Part shown: piece after piece, positions 25,908 to 39,200 of the stretch
Layout: each line of letters starts with the position of its first letter
Position numbering within the stretch: position 1 is the stretch's first letter
The notes under the pieces: model-generated
What the model was told of the DNA's origin: nothing
What the model saw: only the letters and a program-made list of their open reading frames with translations
Databases searched by the model: none
Position numbers and translations under genes: made by a program
Source of the DNA: Malacoraja senta
Lineage: Eukaryota
NCBI GenBank assembly: GCA_038087875.1
Contig: CM075994.1
Coordinates: forward strand, 5,334,001 to 5,398,000
Direction of reading: 5' to 3'
DNA: 64,000 nucleotides

Positions 25908-28900
25908 AAATCTTCTTGATATGAAGGCCAGCATTCCATTAGCTTTCTTCACTGCCTGCTGTACCTGCACGCCAACTTTCAGTGACCGGTGTACAAGGAC
26001 ACACAGGTCTCGCTGCATCTCCCCCTTACCTAACCTAACCCCATTGAGATAATAATCTGCCCCCTTGTTTTTGCCGCCAAAGTGGATAACCTCACATTTA
26101 TTTATATTATACTGCATCTGCCACGCATCTTCCCACTCACTCAACCTGTACAGGTCACCCTGCAACCTCCTAACATCCTCTTCACAGTTCACACTGCCAC
26201 CCAGCTTTGAGTCATCCGCAAACTTGCTAGTGTTTCCCCTAATTCCCTATTCCAAATCATTAATGTATATGGTAAAGAGTTGCCCCCCCAACACCGAGAC
26301 TTGCGGCACTCCACTCGCCACTGCCTGCCATTCTGAAAAGGACCCGTACACTCCTACTCTTTGCTTCCGGTCTGCCAACCAATTTTCTATCCATGTCAAC
26401 ACCCTACCATGTGCTCTAATTTGAGTCACCAGTCTCCCGTGCGGGACCATATCAAAGGCTTTCTGAAAGTCTAGATACACTACATCCACTGGCACTCCTT
26501 CATCCATTTTACTTGTCACATCCCTAAAACATTCCAGAAGATTAGTCAAGCATGATTTCCCTTTGATAAATCCATGTTGACTTGGAATAATCCTTTTGCT
26601 ACTATCCGAATGCCCCATTATTACATCTTTAATAATTGACTCCAGCATGTTTCCCACCACCGAAGTCAGGCTAAATGGTCTATAATTCACCGTTTTCACT
26701 CTCGCTCCTTTCTTGAAAAGTGGGATAAAATTAGCTATCCTCTAATCCACAGGAACTGATCCTGAAGCTATTGAACATTGGAAAATGATCACCAATGCGT
26801 CCACTATTTCTAGAGCCACCTCCCTGAGGACCCTGGGATGCAGACCATCAGTCCCAGGGGATTTATCATCCTTCAGTCCCATTAGCCTTCCCAATACTAT
26901 TTCTCGCCTAATGAAAATTTCTCTCAGTTCCTCTACCCCCTTAGATCCTCTGTCCACCAGTACATCTGAAGATTGTTTGTCTCTTTCTTAGTGAAGACAG
27001 ATCCGAAGTACCTATTCAACTATTCTGCCATTTCCTTGTGGCCCATAATAATTTCACCCGTGTCTGCCTTCAAGGGACCCACATTTAAATTTGCTACCCT
27101 TTTTCACTCAACATATCTATAGAAGCTTTTACTGTCCTTCTTTATATTCCTGGGCAGCTTCCTCTCGTCCAACATCTTATCAGCCCGTATTGCCCGTTTT
27201 GGTTCCTTCTGTTGTCCTATGAAAGTTTCCCAATCCTCTGGCTTCCGGCTACTCTTTGCTGCGTTACACGTCTTTTCATTTAGTTGTATTCTATCCCTAA
27301 CTTCTCTTGTCAGCCGCGTACTCCATTTCGAATCTTTCTTCCTTTTTGGAATGAAATGATCCTGTGTCTCCCGGATTATGCCCAGAAATTCCTGCCATTG
27401 TTGTTCCACCGTCATTCCTGCTAGGATCCCTTTCAAGTCTACTTTGGCCAGCGCCACTCTCATGCCTTCATAGTCCCCTTTGTTCAACTGCATCACAGCC
27501 CCTTCAGATTTAATGTTCTCCTTCTCAAATTGCAGATTAAAACTAATCATATTATAATCACTGCCTTCAAGCGGATCCTTTACCTCGAGTCCTCTTATCA
27601 TATCTGGTTCATTGGACACAACTAAATCCAGAATTGCCATTACAAGCTGCTCTAAGAATCCATCTCGGAGGCATTATACAAACTCTCTTTCTTGGGGTCC
27701 TGAACCAACCTGATTTTCCGAGTCTACCTGCATATTAAAATCCCCCATCACCACAGCGGCATTACCTATGTTACATGCCGGTTTTAACTTTTGCTGCAAC
27801 TTACACCCTACATCCGGGCTACTATTTGGGGATCTATAAAGAAAACCAATGAATGTCTTCTTGCCTTTGCAATCCCGCAACTCAATCCACAGTGACTCTA
27901 CCTCATCAGTCCCTATGTCTTCCCTCGCAAGGGACTGAATTCCATTCCTCACCAGCAGAGCTACCCCCCCCCCCCTTCTCTGCACACCTGCCTGTCCTTT
28001 CTATAGGATGTATAACCCTGAATATTAAGTTCCCAGTCCCGATCCTCCTGCAGCCACGTCTCAGTAATCCCCAAAATGCCATATCTACCAACCTCCAACT
28101 GCCAACACAAGGGAGGATCTGGTCAAAGTTGACTAGAAATATACTTTAGCAGCGATGACAGTGGAACAAAAATGGCAGGTATTTCTAGGAATAATACATA
28201 ACGTACAGGATCAGTTCATTCCTAGGAGGAAGAAAGATTCCATGGGGAGAAAGAGATGACCATGTCTGACACGGGACGTCCGGGACAGTATACAAATTAA
28301 AGCGAAGAAGTACAACGTAGCAAAGATGAGCGTGATGCAAGAGGATTGTATAATGCTTAAAGAACAACAGAAGATAACCAAAATGACAATACGGGAAGAA
28401 AATATGAGGTACGAAGGTAAGCTGGCCAAGAATATAAAGCAGGAAAGAGATAGCTTCTTTCGGTATGTGAAGAGGAAAAAAATAGTTAAGACCAAAGTTG
28501 GAACCTTGAAGACCGAAAAAGCTGAAATTATTATGGGGAACAAGGAAATGGCAGATGAGATTAACAGGTACTTTGGATCTGTCTTCACTAAGGATGACAC
28601 AAAAAATCTTCCTGATATAGTAGTGGCCAGAGGATCTGGGGTGACGGAGGAACTGAAGGAAATCCACATTAGGCAGGGGATCGTGTTAGTTAGATTGATG
28701 GGACTGAAGGCTGATAAATCCCCAGGGCCTGATGGTCTGGAATTCGTGGATGCAATGGGGATAATTTTCCAAAGTTCTATAGACTTAGGATCAGTTCCTG
28801 TGTGTTGGAGGGTAGCTAATGTTATCTCACTTTTTAAAAGAAAGGCGGGAGGGAGAAAACAGGGAATTATAGACCTGTTAGCCTGACGTCGGTTCGGAGA

Positions 28901-31605
28901 AGATGCTGGAGTCAATTATAAAACATGAGATAGCCGAACATTTGGATAGCACGAAGAGGGTCGTCCGAGTCAGCATGGATTTACAAAGAGGAAATCATGG
29001 TTGTCTAATCTTCTGGAATTTTTGGAAGATATTACTAGGAAAATGGACAAGGGAGAGCCTGTGGATGTAGTGTACCTGGACTTTCAGAAAGCATTTGATA
29101 AGGTCCCACATAGGAGATTAGTGGGCAAAATTGGGCGCATGGTATTCGGAGTAGAGTGCTGACATGGATAGATAAGTGGATGGCAGACAGGAAACAAAGA
29201 ATAGGGATTAACGGGTACCTTTCAGAATGGCAGACAGTGACTGGTAGGGTATCGCAAGGCTCGGTGCTGGGACAGCAGCTATTTACAATATACATAAATG
29301 ATTTGGATGAAGGGATTCAAAGTAACATTAGCAAATTGGCAGATGACACAAAGTTGTGTGGCAGTGTGAACGGTGAGGAGGATGCTACGAGAATGCAGGG
29401 AGATTTGGACAAGTTGGGGAATGGGTAGATGCATGACAGATGAAGTTTAATGCGGATAAATGTGAGGTTATCCACTTTGATACCAAAAACAGGAAGGCAG
29501 ATTACTATCTAAATTGCGTCAATTTGGGAAAAGGGGAAGTACAACGGGATCTGGGGGTCCTTGTACATCAGTCTATGAAAGTAAGCATTCAGGCACAGCA
29601 GGCAGTGAAGTAAGCGAATGGCATGTTGGCCTTTATAACAAGAGGAATCGAAATAGGAGCAAAGAGGTCCTTCTGCCGTTGTACAGAGCCCCAATGAGAC
29701 CACACCTGGAGTATTGTGTGCAGTTTTGGTCCCCCTAATTTGAGGAAGGACATCCTTGCTATTGAGGGAGTGCAGCGTATGATTACAAGGTTAATTCCCG
29801 GGATGGCAGGACTGTCATATGCTGAGAGAATGAAGCAGCTGGGCTTGTACACACTGTAGTTTAGAAGGATGAGAGGGTATCTCATTGAAACAATTAAGAT
29901 TGTTAAGGGTTGGACACGCTAGAGGCAGGAAACATGTTCCCGATATTGGATGAGTCCAGAACCAGGGGCCATAATTTAAGAATAATGAGTAAGCCAGTTA
30001 GAAAGGAGACGAGGAAACAATTTTTCTCACAGAGTGTGGTGAGTATGTGGAATTCTCTGCTCCAGAGGGCGGCGGAGGCAGGTTCCTTGGATGCTTTCAA
30101 GAGAGAGCTAGATAGGGCTCTTGAACCTAGCGGAGTCCGGGGATAAGGGGAGAAGGCAGGATAGGGGTACTGATTGGGGATGATCAGCCATGATCACATT
30201 TACTGGCGATGCTGGCTCGAAGGGATGAATGGCCTACTCCCGCACCTATTGTCTATTGTCTATTGTTATTTAATAGAATTCAACCTGCATTTGCAAATGA
30301 GAAGCTGAAATCGGATTATCTGTATTCCTCTTGAGTAGAGGTAACTACAGAGGCAGGTAGGGGAGATGGCTAAAGTTGCTTGGAAGATTTATCTAGCAGG
30401 AATTCCACCAGTACATCAATAGCAGGAGATTCTGGATTTAATTTGAAAGGAGCCGGTTTCTTCATCGCAAAGAGGAAGAAACATACCTCGTGGAGAATGA
30501 GGTCACGGTGGTTGACAAAGGGGTCACAGGTAGCATAAACCTCCGCAGGTTGAAAAGACTGGGTAAACGCAGGAAACTCGGGATCATAATTACGTTCTTC
30601 ATAGCCCATGATCAACTGAGCGAAGTGTCGCGTAGCAGATAATGAATTTGCAGGAGAACATACAGTATGTGTTATTTACAAACCTGATTTGTCTCATATC
30701 GGTTTTGTATAAAATCGACAGTATCAATATTTTAAATTACTTCCGGAAAAACATCAGTTCATTTATGGGATTCAAATGTCGCCAGAAAATAAAGACCAGA
30801 CATGGACCTGCTCTGCTGGAACCGCAAGAGGCCATTAATCAATGTCAGGTGTACATGCACATAAAAGCTGCCTAATATATTGCTTCATCTACATTCACAT
30901 GTTAGAATATCATGTTGTAGCTGCAGCAAACGTGGTGAATAAACAGTTGGTTTATTCAGACATTACATGGTTGGTGTACATTGTGTGTTCCTCGAACATA
31001 CTGTCATTGTTGCTGTTGATTTTGCTGAGCTCATCTATCTGTCGACAAGATTTCACAAGTTAAATGTGCTTAAGTAGCAAGACACTCCACTTAACTCACG
31101 ACCTCACGTGACAGCCCTCGTAACCACTGACGAGGGTTTGACCGTTAGTGGTCTGACCATGGGCTGACGTCACAGGACCACCCCCAGAACCGGAGGAAGG
31201 AAAACGATCAGGGTAACGAAAAGCGGCAGGCAAAACTCGTAAACGCACTGGCGAAAGTGAATAGAACGTGCAACCTTATATAGGAAGGTGTGCACGCATG
31301 GTTGAGGGCCGCTCCTGCTGCGGGTCGGGCGCACACCAGCCGTGGGTCGGACGCTGGGGCCCGCAGACGCAATCGATTTTTCGGCTATGGGCCTACCCAG
31401 CCGTATGACGATGGGTGCAAGGAGTCAAATGCAAAAGCCGCAGGTTGGACGAGACAGAGTCGCATCTCATCGACCAGCACGGGATCGTGTCCTGACAAAT
31501 ACGGCATCCAGCAGCGCCTGGAAGACGGCGGCAACAATGCCAACCAAATAGAATACAACCAAGAAATAAGAATAAACTGCCAGCTAAACCCGGCGAGGTC
31601 ATTAC

Positions 31606-34003
31606 CGTGTGCGGACGCGGCGCCGACAGACAAGAACCCGAAGCAAAGAAGTCGAAGCCAAAGAACCGAATAGAAACGAGGCCGAAACGCGAATTAACAG
31701 AAAGAGTCCGAAGACGAAACGCCTACTAACCGAAAGGATGGGACGCCTAAATGCAAGCTAACCGAAAGCGCGGGACGCCTAAACGCCAACGAACCGAAAG
31801 GCTGCGTCGTCTAAAAGCAAACTTACCGAATGACCGTTCAGTCGATACGCCACCTACCAGAAAGGCGGCGTCGCCTACAGGCCAAAGGACCGACAGCCGC
31901 TCGACAGAAAAGTCCAATAACGGACGGCGTTGCCGGGGGGTGGGTCTTGTCAGCGATTGGTCCAGACCCCCGCGTCCATCACATCACTGTGAAGGCATGA
32001 ACATTATCCCAAACTTCCGCTCCACCCGATCCGCAGCCCGCGGAGGGTGGCCGTGGGAGATTGGGGCTGTCCCGAGGAATACACACCTTCGGCCGCTTTC
32101 AACTTGGCGCTTGGGTTCAGATTGCCCAGTCACCTATGGCTTGTGTGGGAAAATGAACTCCACGCTCCCGTCTTGCCCTTCTCTCTCCCTTCTCCCTCCT
32201 CCTCTCTCTAGCCTCTTCTCTCTCTCCTCCACTCTCACCCCTCTTCTCTCTCTCCTCCTCTCTCTCCCCTTCTCTATCTGTCCCCCTTCTCTCACCCTCC
32301 CCCCCCCCGCTCTCTCTCCCTTGTCTTTTTCCCCTTCTCTCCCCCTTCTCTCTCTCCGTCTCCACCCGCGGGAGCGTCCCACAGTCACTTACCGCGATGC
32401 ACCGCCATCGGAACCCAACCTCCACACCATGGTGACCCCCCCCCCCTCATACCCCCGTTCTTTGACACCCACACCAGGGTGATTGACCCCGGCCGCGGGA
32501 ACAGACGGTTTATTTATTACCGTCTCGGTGTTTGCGGAACGCACCCAAGGTCCCACGCACAAAATAGGCAGCATCTCTGGAGAGAAGGAATGGGTGACGT
32601 TTCGTGCCGATACCATTCTTCAGAGTGCGTCTGAAGGGTCTCAACCCGAAACACCACCTATTCCTTCTCTCCAGAGATGCTGCCTCTTCCGCTGAGTTAC
32701 TCCAGCAATGTGTGTCTACCTTTGGTATGACCGTTGTGTCATTTCATCCGCTACGTGTATTGCGCGCCCAGGAGAGAAGCTGGACATGCCGCTGGCACCT
32801 ATTCAACTGTCACACCAAAGATAGACACACCATGCTGGAGTAACTCAGCTCAACAGGCAGCATCTCTGGAGAGAAGGAATGGGTGGCGTTTCGGGTCGAG
32901 ACCCTTTAGACGCACTCTGAAGAATGGTCTTCGCACGAAACGTCAACCATTCCTTCTCTCCAGAGATGCTGCCTGTTTTGCGCGTGGGAGCTTGGGTGCG
33001 TTCCGCAAACACCGAGACGGTAATAAATAAACCGCCTGTCCCTGTGGCCGGGGTGAATCTCCCTGGTGTGGGTGTCAAAGACCGGGGGTCGGGGGGGGAA
33101 TCACCCTGGTGTGGAGGTTTGGTGTCCGATGGCGGTGCATCGCGGTCAGTGACTGTGGGACGCTCCCGCGGGTGGAGACGGAGGAGAGACAGAAGGGGTG
33201 GGTAGGGGAGAGAGAGAAGGGAGATAGTGCGGGGGGAGAAGGGGAGAAAGAGAGAAGGGGGATCGAGAGGAGGAGAGAGGGAAGAGGGGTGAGAGAGGAG
33301 GAGAGAGAGCAGAGGTTAGAGAGCGGAGAGAGAAGGGAGAGAGAACGGAGAGAGAAGGGAGAGAGCGGTAGTTGGAGAGAGAAGAGGGGAGAAAGAAGGG
33401 GGAGACTGGAGAGTTGGGTTCATTTTCCCACACAAGCCCTAAGTGACTGGGCAATCTGAACCCAAGCACCAACTTGAAGGGCCGAGATGGCCTGTTTCCG
33501 TGCTGTAATGGTTATATGAAAGCGGCCGAAGGTGTGCATCGCTCGGGACAGCCCCCACTCTCCGACGCGGGCTGCTGGTCGGGTGGAGCGGAGGTTTGGG
33601 ACAATGTTCATGCCATCACAGTGATGTGATGGACGCGGGGTCTGGACCAATCGCTGACAAGTCCCGCCCCCCGGCAACGCCAAGTCCGTTATTGCACTTT
33701 TCTGTTAAGCGGCTGTCTGTCCTTTGGCCTGTAGGCGACGCCGCCTTTCGGGTAGGCGGCGTATCGATTGTGCGGCCATTCGGAAAGTTTGCTTTTAGGC
33801 GACGCAGCCTTTCAGTTCGTTGGCGTTTAGGCGTCTCGCCATTTCGGTTAGTTTGCAATTAGGCGTCCCATCCTTTCGGTTAGTAGGCGTTTCGTCTTCG
33901 GACTCCTTCGGTTCATTCGCGTTTCGGCCTCGTTTCTATTTGGTTCTTTGGCTTCGGCTTCTTTGCTTCGGCCTCTTGTCTGTTGGCACCGCGTCCGGGT
34001 ACC
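31606..34003. mobile_element. Foldback-like non-autonomous DNA transposon with long inverted arms and 8-bp TSD
   Basis: Arms 31606-~32736 and ~32804-34003, ~67-bp spacer; GTCATTAC at 31598-31605 and 34004-34011. Confidence 0.85.
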
Positions 34004-34749
34004 GTCATTACAGAGTAAAAAAATGTGAAGAGAAAAAATCTACAATGAGCAGACAAGTAAGCCTTTCAAAGTTCACACTGCCACCCAGCTTTGTGTCATC
34101 CGCAAACTTGCTAGTGTTGCTCCTCATTCCCTCTTCCAAATCATTACTATATATGGTACATAGTTGCGGCCACAACACCGAGCCTTGCGGCACTCCACTC
34201 GCCAATGCCTGCCATTATGAAAATAACCCGTTCACTCCTAGTCTTTGCTCCCTGTCTGCCAACACATTCTCTATCCATGTCAACACCCTACCCCCAATAC
34301 CATGTGCTCGAATTTTAGTCACCGGTCTCCCGTGCGGGACCTTATCAAATGCTCTCTTAAAGTCTAGATAAACTACATCCACTGGCCCCCCTTCATCCAT
34401 TTTACTTGTCACATCCTCAAACGATTCCTGAAGATTAGTGAAGCATGATTTTTCTAACTGTCCTCCCTACGTGTTTATGGACAGTAGAACTTAGATTGAC
34501 AGCCAGACAAACTCGATTGAATAACGAAATGCGAGTAAGGAATTTATCATCTCAGCGCTCAAGTTTAATGACTATTCAGTGTTGTCACATTCTTATCATT
34601 GAAAAAAGAGTGAAAACAATAAAGGAAAAGGAAGATACAAAAATTACTGTCCTTTACAGAAATATACATTTAGATAGAAATAAACAAATCAAACAATACA
34701 GGGAAACATACAGGGCAAATATACAATAAACAATATACATAAATCAAAC

Positions 34750-35745
34750 GTTCAAAGGTTCATTTATTGTCACATACAACAATTGGTGTAGTGAAATTCA
34801 AGTTGCCATTGCAGCACACTAATAAGAATACAACACAACATTAAGGATAATTTAACATTAAACATGAAATCATCCCCCACTACCTTTCCCACTGTGAGGG
34901 AAGGCACAACGTCCAGTCCCCATCCATTTGTCCACCCAGAGTCCGGCCTATTGAGGCCTCCGCAGTCGCCGCTACTGGGCACGATGTGTAAAGTCGTCAC
35001 TTTTATTTATATAGCACATTTTAAAAAAAAACTGTCTTTTGGCCGAAGTGCTTTACATTGGTGGAGGTACTAATGTTCTACAACAGTGGTTCGTAGATTA
35101 AATACAAGCATCACTACATACATATAGCCCTTGCTCAGAGGACGACAAGAAAGGCTTGGGAATAGAGATATTTTAAGTCTCGACTTAAAGGAGTCGATGG
35201 AGGGGGGAGTTCTAATGGGAAGAGCGGTGCTGTTCCACAGTCTATGAGCTGCAACCGCAAAGGCGCGGTCGCCCCTGAGCTTATGCCTAGACCGCGGGAT
35301 GTTCAATAATCCCAAGTCGGCCGATTTGAGGGACATGGAGGTGGTGTGGTGGGTAACCATTCTCTTGATGTATGTGGGGGCAAGCACATTAAGGGTTTAA
35401 GGCCCTTCTCGCCGGGTGATGGTGCTTCGTCTTCGGGAGAACCCTCTCAGCGGCTTGGGATGCTTGGAACGGCCGCTTCCTTACCGAGACTGCGGCTTCC
35501 GAAGCCGACAGGCCGCGCTGGACGGAGCTCCACCACTGGCGATCACAGCGAAAGATCCTATGCTCCGGATGTTAAAGTCAGCGCCGACGCCCGCGGCTGG
35601 CCGCTCCACAGTTCCGCAGCTCCGCGATGTTCAATCGGCGGTCTCAGCACACCGCACCAGCGCGGCGACCCGGTCAAGGTATCGCACGCTCCGCGATAGC
35701 GCTCCAGCGCTGCACCGCAGCCAAAGCCGAGGTTCTGGCCGGTCC
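34750..35745 (-). mobile_element. Non-autonomous GC-rich element with Rex1-like tail, interrupted by L2
   Basis: tttattgtcacatac..agtgaaatt tail; cccactgtgagggaaggca and gctccgcgatgtt motifs shared with the 14180 element. Confidence 0.5.
34990..35400 (-). mobile_element. L2 LINE 3' fragment
   Basis: LAPTYI..LRGDRAFAVAAHRLWNS..SFKSRLK; tail tgtgctatataaataaa. Confidence 0.8.
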
Positions 35746-36276
35746 CTATTCGCTTTATGCTACAACATAACTGCATACTAGCAAGCTGAACATTCACAAA
35801 TGCGATGGTGTTAAACATCATCCTTCATAAACACTCCCCGATATAGGATTCTAAGCATAAATTAAACAAAATGAACTTACAGCCATTGCTTTCTTAAGAG
35901 TAACAAGCTAGGATTGGAAAGGATTGTTTCTGATGTTAAAGCATGGCAGATAATAAGAAGACATGCTTCCTACTTCCTACTTCCTACTTCCTGAGTGCAT
36001 CGGCCATTTCACAATAAAGGTCCAACTGATGGCACTATTGCACATGAATTCAAACAGAGGACAGAATAATTTTCCTTTCATAAATCCATGCTGACTTGGG
36101 CTAATCCTTTTGCTACTATCCAAATGCCCCATTATTACCTCTTTACTATTTGACTCCAGTATCTTGTGGAATTATTTGTGGAATTCCCTGCCACAGAGGG
36201 CAGTGGAGGCCAAATCACTAGATGGGTTTAAGAGAGAGTTAGATAGAGATCTAGGGGCTAGTGGAATCAAGGGATA

Positions 36277-39200
36277 TAACCATATAACCATATAACTATA
36301 ACAGCACGGAAACAGGCCATCTCGGCACTTCAAGTCCGTGCCGAACATTAAAAAAAATGTTTTTGTTTTTAATTAAAAATAAATACTTCCCCCCTAGTCC
36401 CATCTACCTGCACTCAGACCATAACCCTCCATACCTTTCCCGTCCATATACCCATCCAATCTATTTTTAAAGGATAACATCGAACCTGCCTCCACCACTT
36501 CCACTGGAAGCTCATTCCACACAGCTACCACTCTCTGAGTAAAGAAGTTCCCCCCTAATGTTCCCCCTAAAGTTCTGTCCCTTAATTCTCAAGTCATGTC
36601 CCCTTGTTTGAATCTTCCCTACTCTCAATGGGAAAAGCTTATCCACGTCCACTCTGTCTAACCCGCTCATAATTTTAAAGACCTCTATCAAGTCCCCTCT
36701 TAACCTTCTGCGCTCCAAAGAATAAAGACCTAACTTGTTCAACCTTTCTCTGTAACTTAGTTGCTGAAACCCAGGCAACATTCTAGTAAATCTCCTCTGT
36801 ACTCTCTCTAATTTGTTGACATCCTTCCTATAATTAGGCGATCAAAATTGTACTCCATACTCCAGAATTGGCCTCACCAATGCCTTGTACAATTTTAACA
36901 TTACATCCCAACTTCTATATTCAATGCTCTGATTTATAAAGGCCAGCACACCAAAAGCTTTCTTTACCACCCTATCTACATGAGATTCCACCTTCAGGGA
37001 ACTATGCACAGTTATTCCTAGATCCCTCTTTTCAACTGCATACCTCAATTCGCTACCATTTACCGTGTTGGTCCTATTTTGATTTGTCCTGCCGAGATGT
37101 AGCACCTCACATTTGTCAGCATTAAACTCCATCTGCCATCTTTCAGCCCACTCTTCCAAATGGCCTAAATCTCTCTGTGGACTTTGAAAATATACTTCAT
37201 TATCCACAACACCACCTATCTTAGTATCATCTGCATACTTACTAATCCAATTTTCCACACCTTCATCCAGATCATTGATGTACATGACAAACAACAGTAG
37301 ACCCAACACAGACCCCTGAGGCACCCCACTAGTCACCGGCCTCCAACCTGACAAACAGCCATCCACCATTACTCTCTGGCATCTCCCATTCAGCCACTGT
37401 TGAATCCATCTTGCTACTCCACCATTAATACCCAACAATTGAATCTTCTTAACCAATCTTCCATGAGGAACCTTGTCAAATGCCTTACTGAAGTCCATAT
37501 AGACAACATCCACTGCTTTACCCTCATCAATTTCCCTAGTAACCTCTTCGAAAAATTCAAGAAGATTAGTCAAGCATGACCTTCCAGGCACAAATCCATG
37601 TTGACTGTTCCTAATCAGACCCTGCTTATCCAGATGCTTATATATATTATCTTTAAGTATCCTTTCCATTAATTTGCCCACCACTGACGTCAAAACTAAC
37701 AGGTCTATAATTGCTAGGTTTACTCTTCGAACCCTTTTTAAACAACGGAACAACATGCGCAGTACGCCAATCCTCCGGCACTATTCCCGTTTCTAATGAC
37801 ATTTGAAATATTTCTGTCATAGCCCCTGCTATTTCTACACTAACTTCCCTCAATGTCCTAGGGAATATCCTGTCAGGACCTGGAGACCTATCCGTTTTCA
37901 TATTTTTCAAAAGTGTCCGCACCTCCTCTTCTCTGAATCTCACAGTTTCCATTGCTACTCTGCTCGTTTCCCTTACCTCACATAATTCCATATCCTTCTC
38001 CTTCGTGAATACCGAAGAAAATAAATTGTTCAATATCTCCCCCATCTCTTTTGGCTCTGCAGATAGCTGTCCACTCTGACTCTCTAATGGACCGATGTTA
38101 TTGTTATCCTTTTGCTATTAATATAGCTGTAGAAACCCTTTGGATTTACTTTCACCTTACTTGACAAAGCAACCTCATATCTTCTTTTAGCTTTTCTAAT
38201 TTCTTTCTTAATATTCTTTTTACATTCTTTATACTCCTCAAGCACCTCATTTACTCCATGCTGCCTATAATTATTGTAGATCTCTCTCTTTTTCCGAACC
38301 AAGTGTCCAATTTCCCTTGAAAACCATGGCTCTTTCCATTTTTTTACTATTTCCTTTCAACCGAACAGGGACATAAAGATTCTGTACTAATAAAATTTCA
38401 CCCTTAAATGTCCTCCATTTTTCTTCTACATCCTTCCCATAAATCAACATGTCCCAATTCACTCCTTTTAAATCCTTTCGCATCTCCTCAAAGTTAGCCT
38501 TTCTCCAAACAAAAATCTCAACCCTAGGTCCAGTTCTGACCCTCTCCATAATTATATTGAAACTAATGGTATTGTGATCACTGGACCCGAAGTGCTCCCC
38601 GACGCATACCTCCGCCACCTGCCCTGTCTCATTTCCTAACAGGAGGTCCAGCACTGCCCCTTCTCTAGTAGGTACCTCTATGTATTGCTGCAAAAAACTA
38701 TCTTGCACACATTTTACAAACTCCAAACCATCCAGCCCTTTTACAGCATGTGTTTCCCAGTCTATGTGTGGAAAATTGAAATCTCCCACAATCACTACCT
38801 TGTGCTTACTACTAATATCTGCTATCTCCTTACATATTTGCTCTTCCAATTCTCGCTCCCCATTTGGCGGTCTATAATACACCCCTATAAGTGTTGCTAC
38901 ACCTTTCCCATTTCTCAGTTCCACCCAAATAGCCTCCCTAGACGAGCCCTCTAATCTATCCTGCCAAAGCACTGCTGTAATATCTTCCTTGACAAGCAAT
39001 GCAACACCCCCACCTCTTGCCCCTCCAATTCTATGACCCCTGAAGCAACGAAATCCTGGAATATTTATTTGCCAATCACAGCCCTCCTGCAACCATGTTT
39101 CACTGATCGCCACAACATCATACTTCCAGGTGTCAATCCAGGCTCTAAGCTCATCCACCTTTCTTACAATGCTCCTAGCATTAAAATATACACATTTAAG

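Larger units (their letters stand above)
24275..28105 (-). mobile_element. CR1 nested in the above, itself split by Rex1
   Basis: (TTTCTATG)n tail at 24273-24297; RT YLDFQKAFD; EN at 27100-28090. Confidence 0.88.
23280..30266 (+). mobile_element. CR1 LINE (ORF1 end, EN 23570-24274; remainder 28110-30266), interrupted
   Basis: YMNARSIRN, ITETWL, MGDFN; RT at 29000-29430; (TCTATTG)n tail at 30246-30266; the two halves join in register. Confidence 0.88.

Noticed and set aside
31751..33472. Pro/Leu/Ser- and Arg/Glu-rich ORFs
   Set aside because: Translations of CT/GA tracts in the foldback arms; frames are not conserved between arms.
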